From an uncultured Gemmatimonadales bacterium (GTDB taxonomy: Bacteria; Gemmatimonadota; Gemmatimonadetes; Longimicrobiales; RSA9): DNA of 64,000 nt. Below are positions 50,806-60,730 of this stretch, piece after piece. The stretch is taken from positions 4,608,001 through 4,672,000 of the forward strand of contig OY970192.1 of NCBI GenBank assembly GCA_963708135.1, in the 5' to 3' direction. Every line of letters begins with the position of its first letter. Positions within the stretch are counted from its first letter, which is position 1. Both the position numbers and the translations under genes were made by a program. Under the pieces are notes generated by a model. That model was not told where the DNA came from. It saw nothing but the letters and a program-made list of their open reading frames with translations, and did no database searches.

Positions 50806-53076
50806 ATGGCATCGCGGCGGCAAGCTGCGCTCGACTATCACGAACAGGGCCGACCGGGGAAGATCGCGGTCGTTCCCACGAAGCCGGTCGGTACCCAGCG
50901 CGACCTCTCGCTGGCGTATACGCCGGGGGTGGCGGAGGCGTGCCGCGCGATCGCGGCCGAGCCGGAGGATGCGTTCCGCTTCACGGCGAAGGGCAACCTC
51001 GTGGCGGTGGTGTCGAACGGCACCGCGGTGCTCGGCCTGGGCGACCTCGGGCCGCTGCCGGCGAAGCCGGTGATGGAGGGGAAGGCGGTGCTCTTCAAGC
51101 GCTTCGCCGACATCGACGTCTTCGACATCGAGGTGGACAGCAAGGACCCGGCGGACGTGATCCGGTTCTGCGAGATGCTGGAGCCGACGGTCGGCGGGAT
51201 CAACCTGGAGGACATCTCGGCGCCGGCGTGCTTCGAGATCGAGGAAACGCTGCGGGGACGGCTGGATATCCCCGTGTTCCACGACGACCAGCACGGTACG
51301 GCGATCATCAGCGGCGCGGCGCTCTTGAACGCCCTGGAGGTGGCGGGGAAGCGGATCGAGGATGTGCGCGTCGTCTTCAGCGGCGCGGGTGCGGCGGCGA
51401 TCGCCACAGCCGAGCACTACATCCGGCTCGGGGTGCTGCGCGAGCACATCCTGCTGTGCGACCGACACGGCGTGATCACGAAGGAGCGTGCGCCGCAGCT
51501 CGACCGCTACAAGGGGCGCTTCGCGCAGGACACGGGGCGGCGCACGCTGGCGGACGCGTTGGAGGGGGCGGACGTGTTCGTCGGGCTGTCCGTGGCCGGG
51601 ACGGTCACGCCGGCGATGGTGGCGGCGATGGCGCCGGACCCGATCGTCTTCGCGCTCGCCAATCCGGACCCGGAGATCACGCCGGAGGAGGTGGCGACGG
51701 TGCGGCAGGACGCCATCATGGCGACGGGGCGCACGGACTACCCGAACCAGGTCAACAACGTGCTTGGCTTCCCCTTCATCTTCCGCGGCGCGCTGGACGT
51801 GCGGGCGCGGGCGGTGAACGACGAGATGAAGCTGGCCGCGACGTACGCGCTGGCGGCGCTGGCCAAGGAGGACGTGCCGGAGGCGGTGGCGGCGGCGTAC
51901 GGCCGGGAGACGTTCCGCTTCGGGCGGGACTACCTGATCCCCAAGCCGTTCGACTCGCGCGTGCTCTTGTGGGTGGCGCCGGCGGTGGCGAAGGCGGCCA
52001 TGGAGACGGGGGTGGCCCGGCTGACGGTGGACCTGGAGGGGTACCGCAACCGGCTGGAGGCGCGGCTGGGGCGGCGGCGCGAGGTGATGCGGGACCTCCT
52101 GCTGAAGGCGCGCCGCGACCCGAAGCGGATCGTCTACCCGGAGGGCGAGAACGACCGGGTGATCCGGGGGGCGGTGCAGGGGGTGGACGAGGGGATCGTG
52201 CGGCCGGTGCTGCTGGGGCGGCCGGCGCGGATCCGCGCCCGGGCGGAGGCGCTGGGGATCAACATCGATGCGCTCGAGCTCCTGAACCCGCAGGAGGACG
52301 AGGAGCGGCAGGAGCGCTATGCACGCAAGCTGTGGCAGCGGCGCCAGCGCAAGGGGATGACGCTGGCCGAGGCGCGCGACCGGACGCGGCTGCCGATCTA
52401 CTTCGCGTGCATGATGCTGGCGGAGGACGATGCGGACGGGATCGTGGCGGGGCAGGACACGAACTATCCCGAGACGATCCGCCCGGCGCTGGAGGTGATC
52501 GGCACGGAGGCGGACGTCCGCCACGTTGCGGGGCTGTACATGATGATCCTGCAGCACGACCTGATGTTCTTCGCGGATACGACGGTGAACATCGATCCGG
52601 ACGCGGAGACGCTGGCCGAGATCGCGCTGCTGGCGGCCGGCTTCGTGCAGCGGCTGGGCGTGACCCCGAACCTCGCCATGCTGAGCTTCTCCAACTTCGG
52701 CTCCTCGCCGCACGAGAAGACGCTGCGCGTGAAGCGGGCGGTGGAGCGCGTGAAGGAGCTGGATCCCGGCCTCGCGGTGGATGGCGAGATGCAGGCGGAC
52801 GCGGCGGTGTTGCCTGAGCTGCTGCGCGAGCACTTCCCATTCAGCACGCTGAAGGAGCGCGCGAACGTGCTCATCTTCCCCGACCTGAACGCGGCGAACA
52901 TTGCCTACAAGCTGCTCTGGCGCGTGGGTGGCGCGGAGGCGATCGGGCCGATCCTTCTGGGGATGGCGCGCCCGGTGCACGTGCTGCAGCGGGGCGCGGA
53001 GGCGGCGGACATCGTGAACCTGACGGCGATCGCGGTGGTGGACGCGCAGCAGCGCTCCAGCGGCGAGCGCCCCTGA
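50806..53076 (+). CDS. maeB: NADP-dependent malic enzyme with C-terminal phosphotransacetylase domain
   Basis: [49 protein letters not shown] domain [15 protein letters not shown]. Confidence 0.97.
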   Translation: MASRRQAALDYHEQGRPGKIAVVPTKPVGTQRDLSLAYTPGVAEACRAIAAEPEDAFRFTAKGNLVAVVSNGTAVLGLGDLGPLPAKPVMEGKAVLFKRFADIDVFDIEVDSKDPADVIRFCEMLEPTVGGINLEDISAPACFEIEETLRGRLDIPVFHDDQHGTAIISGAALLNALEVAGKRIEDVRVVFSGAGAAAIATAEHYIRLGVLREHILLCDRHGVITKERAPQLDRYKGRFAQDTGRRTLADALEGADVFVGLSVAGTVTPAMVAAMAPDPIVFALANPDPEITPEEVATVRQDAIMATGRTDYPNQVNNVLGFPFIFRGALDVRARAVNDEMKLAATYALAALAKEDVPEAVAAAYGRETFRFGRDYLIPKPFDSRVLLWVAPAVAKAAMETGVARLTVDLEGYRNRLEARLGRRREVMRDLLLKARRDPKRIVYPEGENDRVIRGAVQGVDEGIVRPVLLGRPARIRARAEALGINIDALELLNPQEDEERQERYARKLWQRRQRKGMTLAEARDRTRLPIYFACMMLAEDDADGIVAGQDTNYPETIRPALEVIGTEADVRHVAGLYMMILQHDLMFFADTTVNIDPDAETLAEIALLAAGFVQRLGVTPNLAMLSFSNFGSSPHEKTLRVKRAVERVKELDPGLAVDGEMQADAAVLPELLREHFPFSTLKERANVLIFPDLNAANIAYKLLWRVGGAEAIGPILLGMARPVHVLQRGAEAADIVNLTAIAVVDAQQRSSGERP

Positions 53077-53088
53077 GACGAGGTAGCT

Positions 53089-54678
53089 GTGGCGACGACG
53101 AAGATCCCCGCGCGAGACCTGGGCCTGCACGGGCTCCGCCCGACCGGCCGGGTGCACTGGAACCTGGCGCCCGCCGCGCTGCTCGAGGCGGCGATCCGGA
53201 AGGGCGAAGGCTCGCTCACCGCGCAGGGGGCGTTCGTCGGGGTCACCACGCCGCATACCGGGCGCTCGCCGAAGGACAAGTTCCTCGTGCGCGAGCCCTC
53301 GAGCGAGGCGGACATCGACTGGGGCGCGGTGAACCAGCCGCTCGCGCCGGAGAGCTACGAGCTGCTGAAGGCGGATGTCGTGCGGTACCTCGAGCGGCAG
53401 GAGCTGTTCGTGCGCGACGTGTACGCGGGCGCCGATCCCGACTACCGGCTGAGCGTGCGCATGATCGGGCCGAACGCGTGGCAGAACCTGTTCGTCCACA
53501 ACATGTTCATCGAGCCGGCCGAGGAGGAGCTGGACGGATTCGAGCCGGAGGTCACCATCCTGCACGCCCCCGAGTACAAGGCCGAGCCGGAGCGCCACGG
53601 CACGCGCACCTCGGCGTTCGTCGTGCTGAGCTTCGCCGACCGGGCGGTGCTCATCGGCGGCACCCGCTACGCGGGCGAGATCAAGAAGTCGATCTTCAGC
53701 GTGCTCAACTACCTGCTCCCGCTCCGCGGCGTGCTGCCGATGCACTGCTCGGCGAACGAGGGGGACGCGGGCGACGTCGCCATCTTCTTCGGCCTTTCGG
53801 GGACGGGCAAGACGACGCTCTCGACCGACCCCTCGCGGCACCTGATCGGCGACGACGAGCACGGCTGGTCGGACCACGGCGTCTTCAACTTCGAGGGCGG
53901 CAACTACGCGAAGGCGATCCGGCTCTCCCCCGAGGGCGAGCCGCTGATCTGGGGCGCGAGCCACCGCTTCGGCGCGGTGCTGGAGAACGTGGTGGTGGAC
54001 GAGGCGAGCCGGCTCGTGGAGTGGGACTCCGACGCGATCACGGAGAACACGCGCGCCTCCTATCCGATGTCCTTCATCGAGGGACGGGTCGAGAGCGGGC
54101 GGGCCGGGCATCCGCGGAGCGTGGTGCTGCTCACGGCGGACGCGTTCGGCGTCATGCCGCCGATCGCGCGCCTCACGCCGGAGCAGGCAATGTACCACTT
54201 CCTCTCCGGCTACACGGCCAAGGTGGCTGGCACCGAGCGGGGGGTGACGGAACCGACGGCGACGTTCAGCGCGTGCTTCGGCGCGCCGTTCCTGCCGATG
54301 CACCCGACCGTGTACGCCGGGATGCTCGGAGAGAAGATCGAGGCGCACCACGTCCGTTGCTGGCTGGTGAACACCGGCTGGACGGGCGGCCCCGCGGGCG
54401 TGGGCACGCGCATGAAGCTCGGCTACACGCGGGCCATGGTGGCGGCGGCCCTCTCTGGGGCGCTCGATGCCGTCCCCACACGGGAGGATCCGGTATTCGG
54501 GCTGCACGTCCCGGTGCACGTGCCCGGGGTGCCGTCCGGCGTGCTGGATCCGCGCGGCACCTGGAGCGACCCGGAAGCCTACGACGCGCACGCGCGGAAG
54601 CTCGCCGGCATGTTCCGCGACAACTTCCGGAAGTTCGAGGCCGATGCCGCGGAGGCGGTACGCTCCGCCGGCCCGTGA
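53089..54678 (+). CDS. pckA: Phosphoenolpyruvate carboxykinase (ATP)
   Basis: [50 protein letters not shown]. Confidence 0.98.
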   Translation: MATTKIPARDLGLHGLRPTGRVHWNLAPAALLEAAIRKGEGSLTAQGAFVGVTTPHTGRSPKDKFLVREPSSEADIDWGAVNQPLAPESYELLKADVVRYLERQELFVRDVYAGADPDYRLSVRMIGPNAWQNLFVHNMFIEPAEEELDGFEPEVTILHAPEYKAEPERHGTRTSAFVVLSFADRAVLIGGTRYAGEIKKSIFSVLNYLLPLRGVLPMHCSANEGDAGDVAIFFGLSGTGKTTLSTDPSRHLIGDDEHGWSDHGVFNFEGGNYAKAIRLSPEGEPLIWGASHRFGAVLENVVVDEASRLVEWDSDAITENTRASYPMSFIEGRVESGRAGHPRSVVLLTADAFGVMPPIARLTPEQAMYHFLSGYTAKVAGTERGVTEPTATFSACFGAPFLPMHPTVYAGMLGEKIEAHHVRCWLVNTGWTGGPAGVGTRMKLGYTRAMVAAALSGALDAVPTREDPVFGLHVPVHVPGVPSGVLDPRGTWSDPEAYDAHARKLAGMFRDNFRKFEADAAEAVRSAGP

Positions 54679-54688
54679 GCCGCGCGAC

Positions 54689-56047
54689 ATGAGTCACGCG
54701 AAGGCGGTGGTCCTCCGCGATCCCCTGTGGGACACGATCCGGCTCGACTCGATCGCGGTCCGCATCGTCGATTCCGCCGCGTTCCAGCGACTCCGCTACA
54801 TCCGCCAGCTCGGGCTGGCGCACCTCGTCTATCCCGGCGCCACCCACACCCGCTTCGACCACGCGCTCGGCGTCTACCACCTGGCGGGGCGGGCCATGGC
54901 CGTGCTCGGCGAGCGCGGCTCGCTGGCGGATGTCGCGCCCGAGGAGCGGCGCGTGGTCCCGCTCGCCGGGCTGCTCCACGACGTCGGCCATTATCCGTTC
55001 TCGCACGCGGTGGAGGAGCTCGAGGAGGGGCGGATCCCCGGGCACCACGAGGCCGTGGTCGGCCGTTTCCTGGCCGACGCCAATGTGGCCGCCGCGCTGG
55101 AGGAGGCCGCGCGAGATGCGGCCGCGCGGGTGGAAGCGCTCATCCGCGGCCGCTCCGCGAGCGTGCTCCAGGGGCTGGTCAGCGGCAGCCTCGACCTCGA
55201 CAAGATCGAGTACCTCAAGCGCGATGCCCACTTCTGCGGCGTGCCCTACGGCGAGGTGGACGTGGACCGGCTGCTGTACGCGCTCGCGCTGCTGCGCGAC
55301 CCGGACAGCGGGCGGGTGGAGGTGGGGGTACACGAGAAGGGCGTCGCCGCGCTCGAGTCGCTGCTCTTCTCGAAGTACCAAATGTTCCGCAACGTCTACT
55401 GGCACCACGCCGTGCGGGCGGCGACGGTGATGTACAAGCGGGTCGTGAACGATGCGCTGGATGCCGGCCTCCTGGGCTCGGAGGAGCTGGTCGGCCAGAC
55501 CGACGAGGCCCTGCTCTTCCTGCTGGAGGAGCGCGCCCGGGCCCGTGCCGAAGACTCGCCGGACGCGGCGCGGGTCGGCCGCTGGTTGGCCGCGCTGCGG
55601 GCGCGGCGCCTGCCCAAGCGGGCGGCCGAGGTGACCGCGGCGGAGGTGGCCGCTGTGGCGGGCACGGGCCCCGCCGACTGGCTGGCCACGGACTCCCCGC
55701 TCAAGCGGCGGGCGGAGGACCGGATCGCCGTCGAGCTCGGCCTCGGGCCGGGCGAGGTGTACCTGGACTATCCGGAGAAGCGGGCCATGTTCGGCCTGGA
55801 CCTGCTCGTCCAGCGGCGCTCGGGCGAGGTGCTGCGGCTGGGGCCGAGCGGCCGCGCGGGGCTGATCCGCCTGCCGCGCGTGGCCGAGGAGCTGTACCAG
55901 ACCGCGCGCGTGCTCCGGCTCTTCACCTGGGGCGCGCGGCGCGAGGTGGACCCGCGTGGTCTGGCGAGGTTGTCCGCGCTGGACGCTGCGGCGCTGGAGG
56001 CGCGGATGGCGGGCGAGGGGGTACTGCTGGGGCAAGCGCCCGGCTAG
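54689..56047 (+). CDS. HD-domain phosphohydrolase (YwfO/SAMHD1-like dNTP triphosphohydrolase family)
   Basis: FQRLRYIRQLG, YPGATHTRFDHALG, LLHDVGHYPFSH, DLDKIEYLKRD, MFRNVYWH. Confidence 0.92.
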   Translation: MSHAKAVVLRDPLWDTIRLDSIAVRIVDSAAFQRLRYIRQLGLAHLVYPGATHTRFDHALGVYHLAGRAMAVLGERGSLADVAPEERRVVPLAGLLHDVGHYPFSHAVEELEEGRIPGHHEAVVGRFLADANVAAALEEAARDAAARVEALIRGRSASVLQGLVSGSLDLDKIEYLKRDAHFCGVPYGEVDVDRLLYALALLRDPDSGRVEVGVHEKGVAALESLLFSKYQMFRNVYWHHAVRAATVMYKRVVNDALDAGLLGSEELVGQTDEALLFLLEERARARAEDSPDAARVGRWLAALRARRLPKRAAEVTAAEVAAVAGTGPADWLATDSPLKRRAEDRIAVELGLGPGEVYLDYPEKRAMFGLDLLVQRRSGEVLRLGPSGRAGLIRLPRVAEELYQTARVLRLFTWGARREVDPRGLARLSALDAAALEARMAGEGVLLGQAPG

Positions 56048-58069
56048 CCCGAAGTTCCAGCGCGAGATTGGTATTAACTTGTTGCTGCCGATGCGGTTAG
56101 CTCTGGCAGCGGGTGCTTCGGTTCTGTCTACAACCGGCCGGAGAGCCCCAGGAGCTCGAAAGCTCGGCGCTGCAGGGGCGTCGGTTCAGTGACGAGATCG
56201 AAGGTGGCCTCCGCGAGGCCGGGTGGGCTGCAGCGGTTCCTGGCGAGCGTGGCGAGGTCGGCCATGAGAGTGTGGAAGTCGTGGACGACCTCGCCGTTCT
56301 GCGTCCGCTTGGTGGCCGCCTTCTCCTCGGCGCCCCGGGAGCGCTGCGCCCGCGCGACGACCGAGGGGCGGCGGGCGCGGCCGGCGTCGGGCTCTCCGTC
56401 GCGGAAGAGGAGCGGAGCGAGGGCGCCCTGCATGTGCCAGAGGACATAGTAGGCCAGCATGCAGAGGAAGACGTGCGCGCGGACCCGGTCCGGGAGCCGG
56501 TGGTGAATCGGCCGCACCTCGAGGTCCACGGTTTTGAAACTGCGGAAGGCGCGCTCGATCCGGGCGAGATCCTTGTAGGCCTGGACGGCTGCCTCGCTGC
56601 CCAGCATGTCCGCGGGCACGCTGGTGCGGATCACGTAGACGCCGTCGAGGCTCGCTTCGCCCTCGATGCGCTCGGTGTTGCGGCGAAAGGTGAAACTCTC
56701 GTCGGTGATCTCGTAGTAGAAGTGCTTGCCCATCTTGTAGCGGCCGAGCACCCGGCCCACCCGGATCCCGATGGTGTCTTTGCCACGGAGCGGTCGGCGT
56801 TCGCGCAGGGTGGCCTTGCGGATCTTCTCCAACTCCCGCTCCGTACAGGCGAGCAGTTCGGCTCGCTTGCGCGCCCGCTCCTCGGCCAGGAAGGGATTCT
56901 TGCAGGCGATGAGCCGCTCTCCCGGGTGGTCTGCCGAGGTGATCTCAAAGAGGTCTTGCTCGTCGAAGAGCGAGAGCTGAAGCACCTCTTCCTCGACGAG
57001 GCTCGCAATGGCGGGAGCGCGCAGCGCACTGATCCAATCCAGCCCCTCCACCGGCCGCAGTTCGTCGCGGATGCGCGCCTCGGTGAGGAGCCCCCGGTCC
57101 GCCACAAACACCACCCGCCTCAGTCCGAAGCGGTCGCGCACCTTGTGGATCGCCGCGGCAAGCGTGGTCGGATCCGCCGTGTTGCCGGGGAACACCTCCA
57201 CGGCCACCGGACAGCCGTCGCCGGCGCACAACAGCCCGACCACGATCTGCAGCTTGTCTTTCTTCCCGTCGCGGCTGTGGCCGAGCTTGGCCAACGGGCA
57301 GCTGCGCCCTTCGAAGTACGTGGATGTCACGTCGTAGAGGAGCAGCGTGCCCTCCTTCAAGTGCCGCTCGGCCAGTGTGCGCTCGATCCGCCCCTGCCGC
57401 TGCCCCAGCCAGTCCAGCGCCGGATAGAGATCGTCCGCCGTAACCTCTCCCAGCTCGAGCACCTCCCCGAGCGTCGAGGTGGCCGTCGCCCGGGCCAGCC
57501 GGCGGGCGGTGGCCAGCTTCGAGGAAGGCTCCAGGATCCGGGAGACGATCATGCCCACCACCCGGTCCCGCTCGGGCGTGCGCCGGCTCGAGAGCAGCCG
57601 CTCGAGCCCCAGCTTCCGAAGCGTTCCCAGCACGGCCACCACATGCCCGTGCGGCAGGGTCCGCAGAACCCGCACACCCGCCTCCTCGGCGGGCACGAAG
57701 CGCTCGCCCCGCAACGCCCTCCGCACGAGCTCGATCACCGCGGGCGGCAGGTGCGAGATGTTGCCGACGGTCTCGTTCTTGACCTTGCCGCCTTCGCGGT
57801 ACGTGCGGCGCAGCAGGTGAGTGACGTAGACCTTGCCCTTGTAGTGGCGGCGGGAGGTGGCCACGTGGACGGGGCCGGACCGAGCGGGCAAGGGGCAGCT
57901 CCGGGCGCATGGTTACCGTCTACAGTACACATGAAGCTACAGATTGGGGTGCACCCATGTCAATGGTCTTGATAGCTTCACGTTAGTGACTACATCCTGC
58001 AGTGCGAAATGGGGCTCAACCCCTTGCCCACCAAAGGATTGCACCCCTATCGTCCGGCGGAACTTCCGG
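56048..58069 (-). mobile_element. IS1634-family insertion sequence, 2022 bp, flanked by CTAG direct repeats
   Basis: Imperfect terminal inverted repeats CCCGAAGTTCC (56048-56058) and GGAACTTCCGG (58059-58069), 10 of 11 matching; CTAG at 56044-56047 and 58070-58073; lower-GC ends. Confidence 0.88.
56128..57891 (-). CDS. IS1634-family DDE transposase
   Basis: LLYDVTSTYFEG, LGHSRDGK, EVFPGNTAD, VFVADRG, DGVYVIRT, YKDLARIERAFRSFK, RPIHH, RVRAHVFLCMLAY. Confidence 0.95.
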   Translation of the reverse strand: MPARSGPVHVATSRRHYKGKVYVTHLLRRTYREGGKVKNETVGNISHLPPAVIELVRRALRGERFVPAEEAGVRVLRTLPHGHVVAVLGTLRKLGLERLLSSRRTPERDRVVGMIVSRILEPSSKLATARRLARATATSTLGEVLELGEVTADDLYPALDWLGQRQGRIERTLAERHLKEGTLLLYDVTSTYFEGRSCPLAKLGHSRDGKKDKLQIVVGLLCAGDGCPVAVEVFPGNTADPTTLAAAIHKVRDRFGLRRVVFVADRGLLTEARIRDELRPVEGLDWISALRAPAIASLVEEEVLQLSLFDEQDLFEITSADHPGERLIACKNPFLAEERARKRAELLACTERELEKIRKATLRERRPLRGKDTIGIRVGRVLGRYKMGKHFYYEITDESFTFRRNTERIEGEASLDGVYVIRTSVPADMLGSEAAVQAYKDLARIERAFRSFKTVDLEVRPIHHRLPDRVRAHVFLCMLAYYVLWHMQGALAPLLFRDGEPDAGRARRPSVVARAQRSRGAEEKAATKRTQNGEVVHDFHTLMADLATLARNRCSPPGLAEATFDLVTEPTPLQRRAFELLGLSGRL

Positions 58070-58819
58070 CTAGCGCGGGGGTGACTCGGCGGCGAGCACG
58101 ACGACGGTGATGTTGTCGTGGCCGCCGCGGTCGTTGGCGGCGGCAATGAGCGCGGCGGCGGCGGCGGCGGGAGCGGGCTCGGCGAGCAGGATGTCGCGGA
58201 TGGCGCGGTCGCCGAGCATGGCGGTGAGGCCATCGGAGCAGAGCAGGAGGCGGTCTCCGGGTTGGCAGCGGCCGCGTCGGATGTCCGCCTTCACGGTCGG
58301 CTCGGTGCCGAGGGCGCGGGTCACGATGTTCGAGAAGGGGTGGACGCGCGCCTGGCCGCGCGTCAGGTGGCCGAGCGCGATCTGCTCCTGGACCCAGGTG
58401 TGGTCGGTGGTCAGCTGCCGGAGGCGGCCCTCCCGGAGCCCGTAGGCGCGCGAGTCGCCGACCTGGGCGAGCACGTAGCCGGTGCCATCCTCGACCAGGA
58501 CGAGCGCCGTGATGGTGGTGCCCATCCCCTTCTTGTCGGGCTCCCGCTCCGAGCGCTCGAAGATCCCGCGGTTGGCGGCCCGCACGGCGGCGGCGAGGGC
58601 GCGGGCGACCTGGATCGGCGCGCCCGCCGGGGGCGCGGCCTCCAGGAATCGCTCGCTCGCGATCTCGACGGCCATGTGGCTGGCCACCTCGCCGGCGGCG
58701 TGACCACCCATCCCGTCCGCCACGATGAAGAGTCCCGCATCGGGGCGGAGCAGGAAGGCGTCCTCGTTGCCGGCCCTGTGGCGGCCCCGGTCGGTTTGCG
58801 CGGCATCTTCCCAGTTCAC
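58070..58819 (-). CDS. PP2C/PPM-family Ser/Thr protein phosphatase (Stp1/PrpC-like)
   Basis: TDRGRHRAGNED, VADGMGGHAAGEVAS, GMGTT, VGDSRAY, LLCSDGL, GGHDNITV. Confidence 0.95.
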   Translation of the reverse strand: MNWEDAAQTDRGRHRAGNEDAFLLRPDAGLFIVADGMGGHAAGEVASHMAVEIASERFLEAAPPAGAPIQVARALAAAVRAANRGIFERSEREPDKKGMGTTITALVLVEDGTGYVLAQVGDSRAYGLREGRLRQLTTDHTWVQEQIALGHLTRGQARVHPFSNIVTRALGTEPTVKADIRRGRCQPGDRLLLCSDGLTAMLGDRAIRDILLAEPAPAAAAAALIAAANDRGGHDNITVVVLAAESPPR

Positions 58820-58912
58820 GCGGCAAGGCTAAGGAACGGCAGGGGGGCCGGCAAGACCACGCGAGCGGCACGCGGATTGCCCCCCGTCGGCGCGACCCGC
58901 GGGAGGCCCGGA

Positions 58913-59452
58913 ATGTCGAGACCAAGCCCAAGACTCGCGCTCGCGCTGATGGCGGCGGCCTGCCTGGCCGCGTGCCGGGCGCGCACGGAGGAGGACAGCA
59001 CGCCGGCGGTACCCGTGTCGGTGCCGATCGGACTCGCCGGGGACACGGTGCCGCTCACGCGCCGGGCGGTCGAGCTGCGCAGCCAGGTGGACAGCGCCCT
59101 CGATCAGGGCTCCGGGCTCGATGCGGGGCTCGTCTACCGCATCGCTACGGTGAGCGACGAGATGGCGGTCAGCCGCCTGCCGTTCGCGTGGAGCAGGGAC
59201 CGCTACGACCTGGGCGGCCGGTTGCGCGAGATCCAGGCGATGGCCGCGCGGATCACCGCCGAGGTGCGCCGCGACCTGGAGCCGGACAGCATCCGCCCGG
59301 ACCTCACGACGCTCCGCGCCGAGATCGAGAGGCTGCGTACCGAGCTCGCGGAGGGCGGCGGGCCGGCGCCTCCGTCGCTGGACTCCCTGCTGCGGGGGTA
59401 CGCCAAGGAGCACACGGTCTCGGTCCCCACCGGCGCCGGCCCGGTCGAGTAG
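58913..59452 (+). CDS. Hypothetical helical lipoprotein
   Basis: ATG with GGAGG RBS; lipobox LAAC; amphipathic helices. Confidence 0.7.
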   Translation: MSRPSPRLALALMAAACLAACRARTEEDSTPAVPVSVPIGLAGDTVPLTRRAVELRSQVDSALDQGSGLDAGLVYRIATVSDEMAVSRLPFAWSRDRYDLGGRLREIQAMAARITAEVRRDLEPDSIRPDLTTLRAEIERLRTELAEGGGPAPPSLDSLLRGYAKEHTVSVPTGAGPVE

Positions 59453-59810
59453 CGGGCGCGCGTGCCGGCGCCGTGGCGGGCCTGGCGCCGCGCGGTCGGC
59501 GTCCGAGCCCCGGCGTTCCCCGACGCCGTCGCCCCGGCCGGGGCGATCTCCGGGGACATTTTGACAAGAGGGTTGCGCGCCGGCGCGGGAGACGTATCTT
59601 GCGGACCCTTTGTCCGGGGCGGCCGAGGCGGGCGGAACCCATTCCGGGCAGCAGGGGTTACATGCAGCGAAGGCAGCCCGCCCGCGTGCGCGAAGGCGCT
59701 CGTCGGGCGGCTTTACCATAGGCAGAGTCCTTGCATCCTTTCGGCACGCAGCGAACGGGCGCGGCAGGCCAGGACCGAGCGCGGACGCGCTGGAAAGTGG
59801 ACGGGAATAG

Positions 59811-60719
59811 ATGGCTGGCACGACGGACACACCGAAACGGCGCCGGCGCCGGTCGGCGGGCACGCCTGCGACGCAGTTCTACGCGGCGCACGAGGAAAAG
59901 AACGCCCTCGACCAGTACCTCCGTGACGTAAGTCGCCACGAGCTCCTGACGCCGGAGGAGGAGATCGAGCTGGGCCATCGTGCGCTGGCCGGGGACGAGG
60001 ACGCGGTGCAGCGCCTGGTCCGCGCGAACCTGCGGTTCGTGATCAGTGTGGCAAAAAAGTATCAGAACCGCGGCGTCACGCTGATCGACCTGATCCAGGA
60101 GGGGAACGTCGGGCTGGTGACGGCGGCCCGGAAGTTCGATCCGGACCAGGGCGTGAAGTTCATCTCGTACGCCGTGTGGTGGATCCGGCAGGCGATCCTC
60201 TCCGCGCTGGCCAACCAGGGCCGTGCGGTGCGGGTCCCGCTCAACCGGGCGAGCGATCTCGCGCGCATCTTCCGCGAGCGTGAGCGGCTCAAGCAGGAGC
60301 TGCGCCGCGACCCGTCCAACGAGGAGCTCGCGAGGGCGGCCAAGCTGACGCCGGAGGTGGTGCGGCAGCTCCAGACGCTGAACGCGGCGGAGATCCGGCT
60401 GGACGCGCCGATCGGGGACAGCGACGACAGTCAACTCGTCGAGCGCTTCATCGTGGACGAGGCGGCCGAGCCGGAGCTCGCGGTCGAGGAGCGCATGCTC
60501 TCGGAGCAGATCGAGCGCGCGCTCGACACGCTGACGCCGCGCGACGCGCGCGTGCTCCGGCTCTACTTCGGGCTGGAGAGCGGCCGCGAGCACACCCTGG
60601 AGGAGATCGGCAACATGCTGGGCGTCACGCGCGAGCGCGTGCGCCAGCTCCGCGACCGAGCCCTCAAGCGCCTGCGCGAGGGGGATCTCGGCACGGCGCT
60701 GGAGAGCTTCGCCGCATAG
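59811..60719 (+). CDS. RNA polymerase sigma-70 factor, RpoD/RpoS-like without region 1.1 (second paralogue)
   Basis: LDQYLRDV, LVRANLRFVISVAKKY, DLIQEGNVGL, KFISYAVWWIRQ, TLEEIGNMLGVTRERVRQL. Confidence 0.96.
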   Translation: MAGTTDTPKRRRRRSAGTPATQFYAAHEEKNALDQYLRDVSRHELLTPEEEIELGHRALAGDEDAVQRLVRANLRFVISVAKKYQNRGVTLIDLIQEGNVGLVTAARKFDPDQGVKFISYAVWWIRQAILSALANQGRAVRVPLNRASDLARIFRERERLKQELRRDPSNEELARAAKLTPEVVRQLQTLNAAEIRLDAPIGDSDDSQLVERFIVDEAAEPELAVEERMLSEQIERALDTLTPRDARVLRLYFGLESGREHTLEEIGNMLGVTRERVRQLRDRALKRLREGDLGTALESFAA

Positions 60720-60730
60720 CGCCGGGCGCG

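Noticed and set aside
54689..56047. HD protein as an anti-phage dNTPase defence system
   Set aside because: It sits in a housekeeping operon context with maeB and pckA, resembles the widespread YwfO-like family, and has no defence genes nearby.
59655..59680. SRP RNA-like GCAGCGAAGGCAGC segment
   Set aside because: It lacks the conserved CAGG...GGAA...AGCAG domain IV arrangement, so the similarity is superficial.
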